A DNA stretch of 64,000 nt from a virus, in IMG/VR virus record IMGVR_UViG_3300020171_000003, positions 1 to 64,000 of that record; one strand, given 5' to 3'. The notes beneath the pieces were generated by a model. That model ran no database searches. It was not told where the DNA came from and was given only the letters and a program-made list of their open reading frames with translations. Positions 31,563 to 41,888 of the stretch are shown piece after piece; the stretch's first letter is position 1, and every line of letters starts with the position of its first letter. The translations under genes were made by a program, and so were the position numbers.

Positions 31563-32021
31563 CTATTTTCCTAAGTAGATAACAGTTTCTTCTTGTTTTC
31601 CAAAGTTTTTAGCATAAACATGATCACCAGTATAAATATCAATTGCCTTTTTAAATCTAGAGTTCATCAAGTCATTAACTCTCCGAACACCTACTCCTTT
31701 AATATAAACTCTACCGCCGAGCCAATGCATTAGATCTTCACTAACTGCACAAGTCCATCCTGATACAGGTTTCTCCATGATAGCAGTATTATCAGGATCA
31801 TTGTTTGTTTCAGCTATACGGTTAGTATAAGCTGTTACTTTACATTGCTCTTTAATGGTATTTTTATTAATACCTTGTAAAATAACTGTTTGTTCCGGTT
31901 GTCTATTTTCTAAATAGATTATTCTATCTTCCAATTTATTAATTTTTGTATTCAAAATTCCTGTGATTATTGTTACATATATGGTTAATATCAAAATTGT
32001 AAAAACAGTAACCTCTTTCAT
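31563..32021 (-). CDS. Membrane-anchored 3D-domain (lytic transglycosylase-like) protein
   Basis: N-terminal TM; VTAY, CAVSED, VND, IDIY. Confidence 0.75.
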   Translation of the reverse strand: MKEVTVFTILILTIYVTIITGILNTKINKLEDRIIYLENRQPEQTVILQGINKNTIKEQCKVTAYTNRIAETNNDPDNTAIMEKPVSGWTCAVSEDLMHWLGGRVYIKGVGVRRVNDLMNSRFKKAIDIYTGDHVYAKNFGKQEETVIYLGK

Positions 32022-32042
32022 TTCGGTATTCCTCCTTTATGA

Positions 32043-32068
32043 GAAAAGGACCCGAAGGCCCCTTTCCT
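32043..32068 (-). terminator. Intrinsic terminator
   Basis: Minus strand GGGGCC-UUCG-GGUCC-UUUU directly after the 32071-32925 stop. Confidence 0.8.
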
Positions 32069-32070
32069 GA

Positions 32071-32925
32071 TTAAGCTGCCATTTTATGAAAAATATTACT
32101 GACTTCTTTTCCTTTTTCAATCTTCACTAATTCACTTTCTACTTCATGGCTCAGGAACTGTGTGTGAATATTGTAGAACTTCCAATAATTTACCTTATTG
32201 TTTTCAATCCATTGTGATAAAGTTTCACCTGTTCCTGTCTCCGGCAAACTCAAAATCTTTTCTTTGTGTTTCTCACCGAAAGGTAATGCTTCCATCATTT
32301 CAAATGTTCTTTTTCTGTCAATGTTTAAGTTCGTCCATTTCTTCCATTCTGTTAATTGATCTCCCATCATAGATGCTCCAGTTAACAGAGCGTCTTTCTG
32401 TTTGTCTAAATCTAAAGTTTGAACATGCCTATGGGACATATATTTTTCAATAACACCAGAAGTCATTCCGTTTGTGCATACTAATCTTAATGCACCGAAG
32501 AAAGGAGTATGTTCCCAACCCATATCATACGAGGATTGAAAACCCAAAGAAGTGATTATATCATCTCCTTTTTTTACAGGCTTTTTATCTGTCTTGAACT
32601 CTGACCAAGTCCTTAAACGTGAACCATTTTTTAATAAAGAAATGTGAACTTCATAAGGACCGTTTTTCTGTTCAACTTCATCCGAAGCTTCGATAAGCTT
32701 TTTAACTGTGATTTCAAAAGGAGTAAGACTGTAGGAATCAGTACAGATTGCACTAACGAATGGATTAGAACCTTCAAACTCAATAACTATTGCTTTCTTG
32801 TCTGGAATTTGAAACACTTCTCTTCTTCCAAATTGTAAGGGTTGAATAGAAACATTAGGGAATTTTACATCTGGAAATCTTTCCCTGATCTCTGTCTGAA
32901 TATCTTGAATTTCATTGTGTTCCAT
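32071..32925 (-). CDS. DUF932-like protein
   Basis: SYD.G....GALRLVCTNGM...H. Confidence 0.75.
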   Translation of the reverse strand: MEHNEIQDIQTEIRERFPDVKFPNVSIQPLQFGRREVFQIPDKKAIVIEFEGSNPFVSAICTDSYSLTPFEITVKKLIEASDEVEQKNGPYEVHISLLKNGSRLRTWSEFKTDKKPVKKGDDIITSLGFQSSYDMGWEHTPFFGALRLVCTNGMTSGVIEKYMSHRHVQTLDLDKQKDALLTGASMMGDQLTEWKKWTNLNIDRKRTFEMMEALPFGEKHKEKILSLPETGTGETLSQWIENNKVNYWKFYNIHTQFLSHEVESELVKIEKGKEVSNIFHKMAA

Positions 32926-33177
32926 TTTCTTTCTCCTTTTGTTTATCTTTCTATTTTTATATTTTTAACAGGTGTTCCTATTGGGTCACCATCAAAGTCT
33001 CTTCCAAAGTAAGTTAAATCTTTTTCAGATATAGAATCAAGAACTTCCTTTGGAGAAACATTGCTATTAAATAAAATATCAGTTGAACCGTAAAAGTTTT
33101 GATTTTTATCTACAAACACCGGTCTATTCCAATAATCAATCCCATAAAATTTAACTGTTATTTTTTCCCCTGTCATG

Positions 33178-33262
33178 TTCTTTCTCCTTTTTTTAAAGTT
33201 CGTGTTAAAATCAATTAAATAGATAATAACACGAACCTCATATATCTGTCAACAGTTATTTT
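33178..33262 (-). promoter_or_regulatory. 85-bp promoter/leader cassette, copy 1
   Basis: Identical to 35452-35536; TTGACA-18-TATTAT, GTTCGTGTTA/TAACACGAAC inverted repeat, AGGAG RBS. Confidence 0.85.
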
Positions 33263-34733
33263 AAAGACCCTTAAGATTATTTATTATACTGTCAAAAAAT
33301 TCTATTAATTCCTCTTTATCACCGTTCATTTCAATAATCTTCCTTGGATTTGCTCTTGACGGGTCAATTTGAACAAAAGCTATTTTTGGATCTATGCTTG
33401 AAACATCAAGAAATCCTCCCTTAGTATTCCGATCAATAAACCATTCTTCCTTATTGATTCTTATCTGAATCATTCTATTGCCTCCGTTCCTTTAAATCTA
33501 TTGTGAAAATAGCATTTTCCATTAATTATTCTTGTTCTGAAAAAGTGTCCAATATAAGTTCCTTCCTTATACTTTCTATTATCCGGAAAATCATTTTTAT
33601 GAAAAGTCTGTTTTTTGGCTTTCAATCTGTCTTCTCTTTCCGTTTCTGCTCTTTGATAGCATCCCATATGAGTGCATGTTCCCATAATAGTTCTCCTTTT
33701 GTTTATTCTGCCATTTCTAAGATTTTACCTGTAGCAAGGTCTTCAACTTCCCACCAAGTAATTGACGTACTTCTTCTTACATTACCTGTTTTTACCAATC
33801 CTTTAGGGTATGCTACTTTTGATAGATCAGTAATCTTTTTTCCTTTTTCCTTTTCGTCAAATTCTGTTTTCATACTTTCTCCTTTTCAATTTTATTAGAA
33901 GTTATTTTTATTTTAACCACACTACCTAAGTACTCAAAAGATATTTCTCCTTTAGAAGCTTCAACAAATTGCTCCTCTATGTCTTTAATTAAAATTTGAG
34001 GAAACAATTTGTTTTTTAATAGCGTATCATAAATCCTATTTGTTATTTCTTTATTATCCACTTCTTTCATAACTCCTCCTATGTATCGTCTTCGCTTATA
34101 TATTGATTGATGAAATCCCAATGGGCATCCATGGCTGCGGATATAGATTTCTTGGCTAAAACAATTTTCTCTTTATGTGGGCAATTACGGAATGAGGTTA
34201 TAGAGTTCATTACCTCATGCGCTGCTTTTAATTGGCCCAACATCTCAATATAGTGTAACTCAGATTCTTTTATCATGGCTTATCCTTTAGTAAGTGTGTT
34301 TCGTAATAAGCAAGTCCATCCATTAATCCTCTTAAATATGAACTGAACTCCGGTCCTGAAATGTGAGATTCATGAGGCAGAGTTCTTATCAATTGACCTT
34401 TTTCATCAAGGATTTCAATTTGATACCTTTTTTGATCTCCAGGATTATAAGAGTCAAGAACAATTTCTCCTTCCTTAATATAGATTTTTAGTATTTTAAC
34501 CCTTTGCAGAAAATTTGCTGCTGTGTTTCTCATATCTCCTCCACTATTGTAAAAAGGACGTTTAAAGTATTAGTAAATTTCCAGATAAAAGAATCTTTTT
34601 CTCCATTCGGATTTATACAATGGAGTATATCTGGAAATTTACTATTAAATCCGGTAACAGTATAATATTCTTTTTCTTCTTTGAATTTTAGTTTTTCACC
34701 AATTTTAGGTTTTCTTGTTAACATTATTCCTCC

Positions 34734-35450
34734 TTACCCAAGTTGTGCTGACTGTCTATTGTTGTTTGAAATCGGACGAGAAATATTTATATCATGTCCG
34801 TCCTTTGTTCCTTTCTGATAAGCATTCCAATTTTTTGCATGTGCGTTTAAATTTTTTAGTCTAAGATTCGGAAACATTTGATTCATTTTTAGATCCACAG
34901 CTCCTTTTTTAGTTACTACTAAAGCTGTGCAAGTAGAATCCATCATTTGTTGTTTCTTTTTATACATTTCTTCTAACCGTTCTTTCAATGTATCAACAAT
35001 TCCATAACAGTAACTATCCTGATCCTTTTTCTTAGAAAAAGTTGTTCTTGCCATTCCCCATGTGTGTCTTCTTAAAAATTTATGAAAGTAAACACATAAT
35101 TCCACATCGTTCTTATGACCGATAAAACAAATCTGCCATTGTTTTGTATATCCTTCATATCTTGAGGTCATAATAATTTGGGAATCAAAAGCATTTGAAA
35201 TTGCCAATCCTAATAAATCTTCCCATGTTCTTCTTGTTTCTCCAATTCCGTCAATAGTGATGCTTTCAATTTCACTATTTATGGATTTACCTGACGCTTC
35301 TCTGATTTCAGCAATAGAGATTTCATACTTTGCCATCAACTCTCCTGCCTTATCCATTGCTAATTTAGCTTCTGCTTCGACTGGACTTGCTGATAAAGCG
35401 ATTAGCTTTTGGATCTTATCAATGATTTTGTCAAGTTCTAATTGGGTCAT
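34734..35450 (-). CDS. DUF2786-like protein
   Basis: KIIDKIQKLIALSASP..AEA..AM.KA.ELMAKY; C-terminal AY..G..DG. Confidence 0.8.
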   Translation of the reverse strand: MTQLELDKIIDKIQKLIALSASPVEAEAKLAMDKAGELMAKYEISIAEIREASGKSINSEIESITIDGIGETRRTWEDLLGLAISNAFDSQIIMTSRYEGYTKQWQICFIGHKNDVELCVYFHKFLRRHTWGMARTTFSKKKDQDSYCYGIVDTLKERLEEMYKKKQQMMDSTCTALVVTKKGAVDLKMNQMFPNLRLKNLNAHAKNWNAYQKGTKDGHDINISRPISNNNRQSAQLG

Positions 35451-35451
35451 T

Positions 35452-35536
35452 TTCTTTCTCCTTTTTTTAAAGTTCGTGTTAAAATCAATTAAATAGATAA
35501 TAACACGAACCTCATATATCTGTCAACAGTTATTTT
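35452..35536 (-). promoter_or_regulatory. 85-bp promoter/leader cassette, copy 2
   Basis: Identical to 33178-33262. Confidence 0.85.
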
Positions 35537-37959
35537 TAATTACCTTTTAATTCTTTTCTGTATAGTTCTTCTGCCATGTGTGTAAAATTTCTTGAACCAA
35601 TATCTAATCGTCTTAACAATCTTTTTTGTGCATCAATCACCGTGAAAGGACCTAAAGCATACGGTAATCCTGAACATCTTGCAAACAAATAAACAATCTC
35701 ACCAAATATAATATCTTCCCATTTACATTTGTAAACAGTTTGTTTACCACTTGCTGTTTTTAATTGTAAAGGTAACTTTATTTTATTGGCTCTTTTTCTA
35801 AACAGTTCCATATTGTTCTCCCTCCACATTCCGGACAAAGTGGACATTCCGGACAAGTATTAAATTTACCAAATGACCAACAGTCTTTATAATGGTTAGT
35901 TTTAATCAGTTTTATATAACCACACTCTTTACATTTATACTTTTTTTCTTTTGATGGATATGTTGCTGTTATTGTCATTTCTCCTCTCCTTTTTTAGATT
36001 TCTCTGAAATATTTGATAATATCTTGCCATTTGCCTTGAAGTAACGGTTTTTCAAACTCATTTTCTTTTCCCCAAATATAAGCTAATCCTTTTAATGAAG
36101 TATGACCAGAAGCCGGCGTTATTGTGTAAATTACTTCTCTTGTTTTTAGATCACAAATTCTAAAATCATCATACAGACTACCGTTCATCGGACAATTGTT
36201 CTTGAAAAATACATAGGTTTTATCTATGTCAAATTTATAAGTTGGAATAATCTGTAATAGTTTATTATAGAGCTTTTCGGTTTTTCCTGCTAAGTGTGTA
36301 TCTTTACAGAACCAATCATACCATCCAGCATCACATTGAGTACCTGTATCTTTAGCATAGTATTTACCAGATAAAAACTCTTTAATCATTTCCCTTGTTG
36401 TTTTCTGATTATTCATAATTTTTATCTCCTTTAAGTAAAATATTTTTTCCAATATTTCTTTGCTGTTTCTATTTCTTTATCCGTTAGTCTTGGAGATACC
36501 ATACAAAGGGCTTCTCCCATTAACATATCTTCATCTTCCTTGGAAAACTCCTTTTCACCACTGCTCATCATTTCTGCTCCTTCTTCTCCCCATATTTGCT
36601 GTGCATATTCATAACAAATATCACCATAAAAATTCAGAGCAGAAAGGACAATCTTTTCACTATTATCTTTCATTTTTTTCCCTCCTCCATTGACTTTTAA
36701 TTGATCGAGTATAGTTTTCCAAAATTTCTACACTTTGACCTTTATCTACTTTCTTAAATTTATTACCATCAAAGTAAAGAGCCTCTTTTGTATCATAGTT
36801 CTTCCACACATATTCTAATGTGAGCATCTTATCCCGGAGTATTTTATTCTTGTCTGCATGACCAAATAGATAAGGAACTTGTCCTACTGGATACCATTCT
36901 GCTTCATAAAAACAGATTATTGTAGTACCAGTAGGGCGTGTGAAGTGAAGAAAAGGACGATCAGGATTATCTGCAATGGCAAGATAATCCCATTTATTTA
37001 AATCCTGATGATAATGGGTTATGTGCTTCATGCTTCTTGAATGTAAATCCTGATATACTCTTGATAGTTTGGTTTGCATAATCTTTCTCCTTTGTTTAAA
37101 GTTCATTCATTTTTAAATCTGAATTGACAGTACAATATACCTCTTATATATGTCAACAGTTATTTTCATGCCCAACAAAAATACTTTTTAAATTTCTGAA
37201 TCCAAAATTTCTACATGAAATTTCTACATCCGAATGACTATCCGTTTGACTTTTGTTTTTGCATCTATTATATAATGAAGTAACAGATCATAAAACATAA
37301 TTTTAAACGAAAGGATATGCAAATGGACGAACGGTTTATACAGCAAGAGTCAAAGAGCATCATTTCTATTTTAGGAGATGAAATTTCATACGAGAAGGCT
37401 CTTGACGAAACAACGGTTTCTATAGTTGGTTTTCAAATTCTTTTAGGTCAAGTATATTCAAAAAAAGTAAAAGAAATTGAAATGGTAGGAGGAACAACAA
37501 AAGAAAAGGTTAAAACACTCCTATTTAAATTAAATGATAAAATTATTGCTAAAATGGAAATAAAAATAAATATTGATTTAAAAACAAAGGTAGTTACCCG
37601 AAAACTTGATTACTTTTTAACAGAGGAAACAAATGAAGCAACAAAGGATCTTATATCTACTTTAGGAAAAGGAAAGATTAAATAAGGAAACAGAGAATAC
37701 TTTGTTTAAGGAATATTGATTTGTTTTAGATTCAGGATTTGTTGTCTGTTTCATGCAGATGGTAGCAGAGATAGATATTTGAATAGGTATTTAGTTCAAC
37801 ACCACCGGAGGTATTTCACTTTCCCATATGAAAAAAGTTCTTTGTAACCTTCTATCGTACCTTCCTACAGGAGTTTCCTTCGATTGTGTTTGACCGTCCT
37901 GATGAAATAGAAAAACAGATAGATTATTCCTAACCTATCTGTTTTCCTTTTCCTTTTAT

Positions 37960-38112
37960 TTATAATTCCGAAAGTTTTTCGTCTACCACTTTCCTCAATT
38001 CTATTAAATCCTCTTTCTTTAGATCCAATTCAAAGATCATTTCCTCAAGACTTTCTTTCCAAGTAAAATCCCATTTTGTTTTTTCTATTGCTTGTGTGTC
38101 AGTCATGATCAT
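37960..38112 (-). CDS. 50-aa paralog of 38124-38456, not in the ORF track
   Basis: MIMTD...LRKVVDEKLSEL*, with the same N- and C-termini as its neighbour. Confidence 0.75.
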   Translation of the reverse strand: MIMTDTQAIEKTKWDFTWKESLEEMIFELDLKKEDLIELRKVVDEKLSEL

Positions 38113-38503
38113 TCTCCTTTTATTTATAATTCCGAAAGTTTTTCGTCTACCGCATCCTTAAATGATGCAAGATCATCCTTATCCATTTTTAGTTTTTTAA
38201 TTAATACTTCTGTAATTTCTTTCCAATTAATTTGTTCTTTGACAAGGCTTTCCTTTTCCTTAAAGTTATGAATATACTTCCTTGCTTCATCACATTCCTC
38301 TTCAGTTGTTTCCTTATATAAATTTCTATACCTTACTCCTTCAACATATCCGGCATACCATGCTGTATAGATAACCTCTTGTGTTATTTTTTCCTTTTCA
38401 TCAACTTCTAATCCTTCTTTAATATCTTCTAACAATTTTTTGTCAGTCATAATCATTCTCCCTTTTTCTATTTATTAAACTATTAATATAATTGAACAAA
38501 TTG

Positions 38504-38718
38504 ACTATACAATAATCCTAATAGTACTGTCAAGCGAAAAAAAGACTATTTTACAGATAACCTCACTAAAACCGACTCTCTACAATCGAGGAGAATCGAC
38601 GGTCGTTGATCAAGACATAGCAAGACAAGCGTTCATATATAGATAAAAGAGTGACCAAAAATAACTTAAAATTACCTTAAAATATATCTTGACAAGTGTA
38701 TGAGGTATAGTGTATAGT
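38504..38718. promoter_or_regulatory. Divergent sigma70-type promoters flanking the 37-bp repeat copy 2
   Basis: Minus: TTGACA(38533)-18-TATAGT; plus: TTGACA(38689)-18-TATAGT. Confidence 0.75.
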
Positions 38719-39548
38719 CAAAATAAAACAGTAAATCAAACAAAGGAGAAGCAGAATGGTAATCGTAAAAAACATTGAAACAGGCAAAGTGACACGTTGT
38801 GCCGGGGTTTACAGAAATTCGCAAGGTTACATGATTGATGTTTTAAACACACACGAATATCCAGAAATCTTTAAGAAATCCGGAGATGTTTTCAAAGAAC
38901 TGTTTCAAGAACAGTTCATGCCAAGATTTTTGTCAAGTAACTACAAAGTGATTGCGGTGTAAAGGAGAATTAAAATGGAACATTGGACAGAGTATAGAGC
39001 AGAGGAAATTGACAGTAATGATTTATCATTATATTTTACTTGTTCTCGTAGATTGTGGAAAGCTTTGCTGAAAAACAGATTTGTTGGTTATCAAAAATTT
39101 TATAAAGGAGAATGAAATGAATAAGGCAGAAAAATTAGTAAAAAGGATCGCGGAAGAAAACAAAAATTTAAATAGAGGAGAAATTATGCATCAAGTATAT
39201 GATGCGGTACAAAAAAAGATAGGCAAAACAGAAGATGGATTTTATCACTATCCTCCGGAGTATGACAAAGCACTTCGGGAATTGGAATATAAATTAGGAT
39301 TCTAAAAAAGGAGAAGAATAATGGAAAATCAAGAAATAATTGACAGGATTGTGTTTGCATACAAAATGGAAGAAGGGTCAGATTTAGAGCATGAAGGTTT
39401 TGTCTTCAAGGAAGAAGAGTTCAAAAATTTCTTTCAAGGATTTCTTGTTGCTCATGAGGAAATGGGTTCTATTACAGCAGATCAGTATAAGGAATTGACG
39501 GATTTTGTCAAGGAAGCAAAATACAAAGTGATTTCGGTGTAAAGGAGA

Positions 39549-40187
39549 ATGAAAATGGAATTAGAAAACAATTATTGGGTGGACAGTAATAACAATAGCT
39601 GGAATAAAAGTTTATACTCAAAAGAAGAGGCAGAGAAATATAGCAATACTTTACGGAATTGTCGGTATTGTCAGGGTTGTCAGGATTGTCAGGATTGTCA
39701 GGATTGTCAGAATTGTCAGGGTTGTCAGGATTGTCGGAATTGTCGGTATTGTCTGGATTGTCAGAATTGTCAGGGTTGTCAGGATTGTCTGGATTGTCAG
39801 AATTGTCAGGGTTGTCAGGATTGTCGGAATTGTCAGGATTGTCGGAATTGTCTGGATTGTCAGAATTGTCAGGATTGTCAGGATTGTCAGGATTGTCAGA
39901 ATTGTCAGGGTTGTCAGGATTGTCGGTATTGTCAGGGTTGTCAGGATTGTCAGAACTTTAAAACAAATCCCCAAAGGATCTTTTCAGAAAAACAAGGCTC
40001 CCGAAAAGATCAAACAGAAATTTATTGGGACGATTTACACACACAAGTTAATTGCGGATGTTTTCATGGAAACTTAGCGGAATTTGAAAACAGAGTTATT
40101 GAGGTTCATGGGGATAATAAATTTGGAATAGAGTATTTAGCATGGATTAAACGAGTAAAACTATATATTGGAATTAAAAATTTCTGA
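39549..40187 (+). CDS. Cys-x-x tripeptide repeat protein with C-terminal GCFxG domain
   Basis: ~33 copies of a 9-bp unit (TGTCAGGAT and variants) encoding CQD/CQN/CQG. Confidence 0.8.
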   Translation: MKMELENNYWVDSNNNSWNKSLYSKEEAEKYSNTLRNCRYCQGCQDCQDCQDCQNCQGCQDCRNCRYCLDCQNCQGCQDCLDCQNCQGCQDCRNCQDCRNCLDCQNCQDCQDCQDCQNCQGCQDCRYCQGCQDCQNFKTNPQRIFSEKQGSRKDQTEIYWDDLHTQVNCGCFHGNLAEFENRVIEVHGDNKFGIEYLAWIKRVKLYIGIKNF

Positions 40188-40874
40188 ATTGAAAATTTCT
40201 ACATGGAATTTCTACAAAGAAGGGAGGTGATAAGTAAACAGATACAAAAGGAATAAAAACTTAAAATAAGATCAATCATAAACTGAAAATAAAGAAGGGA
40301 TAATAAACATGAAAAGGACAGAAATAGAATATGTGAAGAAAAATGACGGTAAGATCTATGTAGTAGGTTTTAAGAATGTTGCCACAAGGAAGGATTTGTT
40401 TTTAGAAGTTGGTTTAGCAATATATAATGAGTATATAAATTCAGGTGAGTATTATTTTTTAAGTGGCTCGGATAAAGATCAAATAATAGTAAGACATCCT
40501 CATTCCTGTTATCTGTATTTTATTTATAAGGATTGTTCTTATGAACCAAAGGAATTTTATAATAGAATACAATGGATAAAGAATGCAGGTGAGAATCTAA
40601 AGAAGATAAAGGATAACATTGCTAATAGAAAGGTTCAGACAATCATTATCTAAACCAAGCAATAAACAGAGAAAAGAACAAGGAATTAAATAATAACCAA
40701 AATTAATTCCTTTTCTTTTTCATATTTTAAACCATTTATTAGAATTCCATAACCTGGTTAAGAAAATTAATATAGGAATATTACAAAAACACCGGAGGTA
40801 TTTCACTTTCCCATATGACCAAAACTACTTCCTGATCCTCATTATCGAATAGTATTTAAACATTGAATAAGCTT

Positions 40875-41000
40875 CAGTTAATGAATACCATTCAGAAAAT
40901 GAATAAGCCTCAGAAAATGAATAAGCCTCAGAAAATGAATACCATTCAGAAAATGAATAATCCTCGAAAATATTCAGAAAATAAATACCGTTCATTTAAT
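40875..41000 (+). repeat. 18-bp tandem repeats (CAGAAAATGAATAAGCCT / ...TACCATT)
   Basis: About 5 consecutive units, then degenerate ATGAAT/ATTCAT motifs. Confidence 0.75.
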
Positions 41001-41143
41001 TATCACCATTCAGAAAATGAATTGCCTTTAGTAAACACCATTTATTCATTAAATATCATAAATATAATAAATGAACTTCATTCATTAAATAAGCCAAAGA
41101 TAATGAATGACATTCAACTAATGAATATCATTCATTTTTACTT

Positions 41144-41218
41144 CTACATGCAAAAAACTATAATCATTTCCAGATATAAAATAGAAGTGATTAAAACAGC
41201 ATAAAAAAACATTTTCAT
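41144..41218 (-). CDS. 24-aa hydrophobic peptide
   Basis: MKMFFYAVLITSILYLEMIIVFCM*, preceded by the same AGAAAGTGAGA leader as the upstream gene. Confidence 0.5.
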   Translation of the reverse strand: MKMFFYAVLITSILYLEMIIVFCM

Positions 41219-41239
41219 AGTATCTCACTTTCTGTTTGA

Positions 41240-41888
41240 AGTTTATTTTTAAATAGTCTCTTGCTTGATAATTAATAAAAACAATTTACTTACTTTCATT
41301 CACTTTCAATGCTGTAAAATAATCATTGAATTTCTTTTCATGTTCTGTTCTCAGAACAACAAACACTTTTTTATTTTCTTTCAAGACTCGCATTTTGTGT
41401 GACTGTTTGCTTTTGAGATAAGACAAATGTGAATTGACACGACTTTCTTTTGTAGCAGCTTTTTCTGCTATTTCTTTTATTGTCAAACGACTGAAAAGCA
41501 AGCAATCATTGATAACATGTGCATTGCTCGTCAAGCTGTTATCAAAAAAATCAATCTCACGACTTGACGTTTTTGACGCTTTTTCTTTTACTTTTTCAGC
41601 TTGCTTAATATCGAAAAAATACTTACATGCTGTTTTCATTTCAATGTTATCGCACGTTGAACATTGACTATCTTTTTCATCAAAAAAAGAAAATGCTTTA
41701 CAATAATTTATAGCATTTTCAAACGTAAAATCTTGAACGTCTGTTACTTTTTCAACGTCTTTTTCAACTTCAATATTCTTATCTTTATTCTTATCTTTTT
41801 TTGCTATATTTTTTGGATTCATAATAGTCTCACTTTCTATGCTGTTAAGCACGTTTAAATGAAGCAAGAGACTATTTAAAAATAAACT
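41240..41888. repeat. Perfect 27-bp inverted repeat (41240-41266 / 41862-41888)
   Basis: AGTTTATTTTTAAATAGTCTCTTGCTT and its exact reverse complement. Confidence 0.92.
41286..41822 (-). CDS. Cys-motif + winged-HTH protein, Gly- and Trp-free
   Basis: Start MNPKN after AGAAAGTGAGA; C-x12-CxxC-x7-C; LTIKEIAEKAATKESRVNSHLSYL resembles the HTH of 21211-21843. Confidence 0.7.
   Translation of the reverse strand: MNPKNIAKKDKNKDKNIEVEKDVEKVTDVQDFTFENAINYCKAFSFFDEKDSQCSTCDNIEMKTACKYFFDIKQAEKVKEKASKTSSREIDFFDNSLTSNAHVINDCLLFSRLTIKEIAEKAATKESRVNSHLSYLKSKQSHKMRVLKENKKVFVVLRTEHEKKFNDYFTALKVNESK

Larger units (their letters stand above)
30782..37106 (-). other. Early/accessory region of ~20 small hypothetical genes
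   Basis: Tightly packed 60-150 aa ORFs with AGGAG RBS, interspersed with sigma70 promoters. Confidence 0.75.

Noticed and set aside
5584-35496. Many short plus-strand ORFs antisense to replication/early genes (e.g. 24592-25101, 12329-12523)
   Set aside because: Shadow ORFs of well-supported minus-strand genes, without RBS
37190-37230. AATTTCTAC resembling the Cas12a repeat handle / mini CRISPR array
   Set aside because: No GTAGAT stem partner, no spacer-length gaps, no cas genes
39651-39974. Alternative-frame ORFs (TIL and SGL repeats)
   Set aside because: By-products of the stop-free 9-bp repeat; only the Cys frame has an RBS and unique flanks
40863-41204. 113-aa ORF with MNKPQK repeats
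   Set aside because: TTG start without RBS, low-complexity repeat translation; more likely non-coding
41240-41888. IS/MITE suggested by terminal inverted repeats
   Set aside because: Enclosed ORF has no transposase motifs and I see no target-site duplication
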